A stretch of 64,000 nt of DNA, taken from Chiloscyllium plagiosum. Its lineage: Eukaryota. Numbering within the stretch: the stretch's first letter is position 1; each line of letters opens with the position of its first letter. The position numbers and the translations under genes are program-made. Below, one piece after another: positions 61,901-64,000 of the stretch. Location of the stretch: the NCBI RefSeq assembly GCF_004010195.1, contig NC_057718.1, positions 88,393,355 to 88,457,354 of the forward strand. Reading direction: 5' to 3'. Below the pieces are notes generated by a model that searched no databases, was not told the origin of the DNA, and was given only the letters and a program-made list of their open reading frames with translations.

Positions 61901-64000
61901 TCTCCACTCTTGTTTTTAAAAAAAAATGAACCATCAATATCCAAAGATGGCTTCATTTTAAAACCCCTTAATTTTAAATTGTTAGTACACTACAACACAC
62001 ATGCGTTAGGTTGAAATAATCATGCAAACATGAACTATCACATTGTTGTCTATTTTAATCCCAACACCAAATGCCTCTGTTTCTCATTCACGTCTCGGCA
62101 ATGCGTCGGCAATCACAATTTCTCGTCCTGCCACATGCACAATTGCCAAATTGAATGGCTGTAACAACAAGCTCCATCTAAACAGTCTGGCATTTTTGTC
62201 CTTCGATTTCTCAACAAACTTCAATGGGTTACAATCAGTGTATATGATTGTCTCCAATACATCACTGGTAACATAACTGAAATGTTGTAACACCAGCACC
62301 AAGCTCAGTCTCCTCCTCAACTATCAAATATTTCTGATGAATGTTCAAATTCCTGGAGAAATATCCAATAGGTCTTTCTGTGGTTCTCGTCTTCCTGTCA
62401 GAGCTCAGTACTGACACCCATATCACTAACTTCAATAGCCCCTTGAATGGCTTTGTGTAATTAAGTATGGTTAATACTGGGGCAGTGGTTAACACAGCTT
62501 TCAGGCTGTCAAATGCCTTCAGGCAGTCCGCTGTCCCACTGAAACTACTTGCCATTCTTTAGCAATTCAGTGAGGGGAGCAGCCACACTGCTAAAATTTG
62601 GTATGAATTTTTCAATAAAATCCACTCAATCCCAGGAATTGTGGTACTGTTCTTTTTGTCAGTTGGTATGGGAAAATCCCCAGTTACCTCTTTTTTTTGT
62701 TTTTGTATCCTGTGGGTCCATTTGTCCATGTGCAATAACACAGCCCAGGAAGATGACTTGGGCTTTAGCAAGTTCACTCACTTTTAGCCAGGTTTATCAC
62801 CAAGCCTGCCTTCCGAAGTTGATAGAACAAGTCTGATAAATGTTGCAAATGTTCTTTCCATGTGTGACGAAAAATCACCAGGTCATCAATATATATGACA
62901 CAATAGGATAATCTAGCAGTGACTTTATTGGTTAGTCTCTGAAATGTGGCTGGCATGTTTTTCATACCAAATGGCATGACTTTAAACTGATACAGTCCAT
63001 TTGGCGTGATGAAAACAAATTGTCTTTGCTCCTTCGGACAAAGGCATCTGCCAGTATCCTTTGGGCAAGTTCAACTTAGAAATAAGTTGCGTGTCCCACT
63101 TTTTTTCAACAGTCTTCCAAACGTGGAATCAGATTTGCATCAGCCTTTGTACCTGCATTGACTTTGCAACAGTCCAAACAACCGTTGGGTACCATCTGGT
63201 TTTGGCAGCATTACATTGGGTGAGCTCCAGTCACTGTAACTCACTTCAATTATATCGTCCTGGAGCATGCGTTCAATCTCCTTTTGAGCCTGTACCAACT
63301 TTAGAGCTTTATGTCTATAAGGATGTTGCTTAATTGGAACAGCATCTCCTGTATCTACATCATGCATAACTAGGGTAGTACTTCCCAGCCTATTTCTACA
63401 TATCTCTCCATGTGACAGTAATAACTCTTTCAGGTCATTTCAATTTTCCTTTGGAAGGTAACTCAACAATTTTATCCCAATTTTCGATAACTTCCTCACT
63501 GTCTAATTTAATAAGGAATGTCCAATTCCGAATCCTCTGAACTTGGTTCTTCCTGCTGTGTTGTCACCTATAACAGTCTTCTCTGGCTTTCCTTCCCTGT
63601 CAAAATATCTTTTGAGCATACTCGCATGACAGCCTGAGATTTCTTTCTGTCTGGAGTCCTTATCAAATAATTCATCTCATGCAATTTCCTTTCAACTTGA
63701 TATGGTCCACCTAACGTTGGAAGTAACACTAATACCTTATCCCTAATCACAAAATTGCAAGTTTTTGATTTTTTAAAAAATCTGCTTGTTGTTTAATTGT
63801 ATGCTGTGATACTTAAAGTGCTGTCTAGCCAACTTCCCCGTTCTACTTAAATCATTCCCTAAAGGTTTGACACATGGTCCAAATATGTGGTCTCTGAATT
63901 CTGATTTACCAATTTCTCCTTAATCAATTTTAACAGTCCTCTCACTTCATGCCCAAAATCTAATTCACTTGGACTGAATTTGGTCAATTCATTTGGTGCA
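61901..64000 (-). mobile_element. Degenerate Gmr1-like Ty3/Gypsy pol (integrase C-terminus - RT - RNase H)
   Basis: In order on the minus strand: FGHEVRG and GPYQV (IN); PIKQHPYR, MPFGMKNMPATFQR and YIDDLVIF (RT); RPIGYFSR, YTDCNPL and IADALPR (RH). Frameshifted. Confidence 0.88.

Overview
Eukaryotic, repeat-rich vertebrate DNA, almost certainly from a shark: the repeats resemble HE1 V-SINEs, HER1/CR1 LINEs and SacSINE1/Deu-type SINEs. Almost all ORFs in the supplied track are transposon remnants or noise. One host gene is supported: two + strand coding exons (16493-16582 MGSGISAQEP...VDGG and 57579-57690 PAQENGQISGIH...AVRE) separated by a ~41 kb intron. Their N-myristoylation motif, NGQIS motif and 0/1 intron phases match the 5' exons of AKAP12 (gravin), or an AKAP12-like paralogue. 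The rest comprises nested Tx1 LINEs, many CR1/HER1 fragments, Penelope-like elements (PLEs), a solo LTR and a Gmr1-type Gypsy element running off the right end. Two observations stand out. (1) A 1.34 kb antisense copy of the start of this gene's intron lies ~2 kb upstream of the ATG. It begins exactly at the GT of the 5' splice site, ends in a SINE tail and is flanked by a 4-bp target-site duplication (TSD), which looks like a retrotransposed intron or lariat RNA. (2) A family of tiny PLE insertions, most TSD-flanked and many palindromic, is built around minimal hammerhead ribozyme motifs. All family names come from motif recognition, not database searches, and repeat boundaries are approximate.
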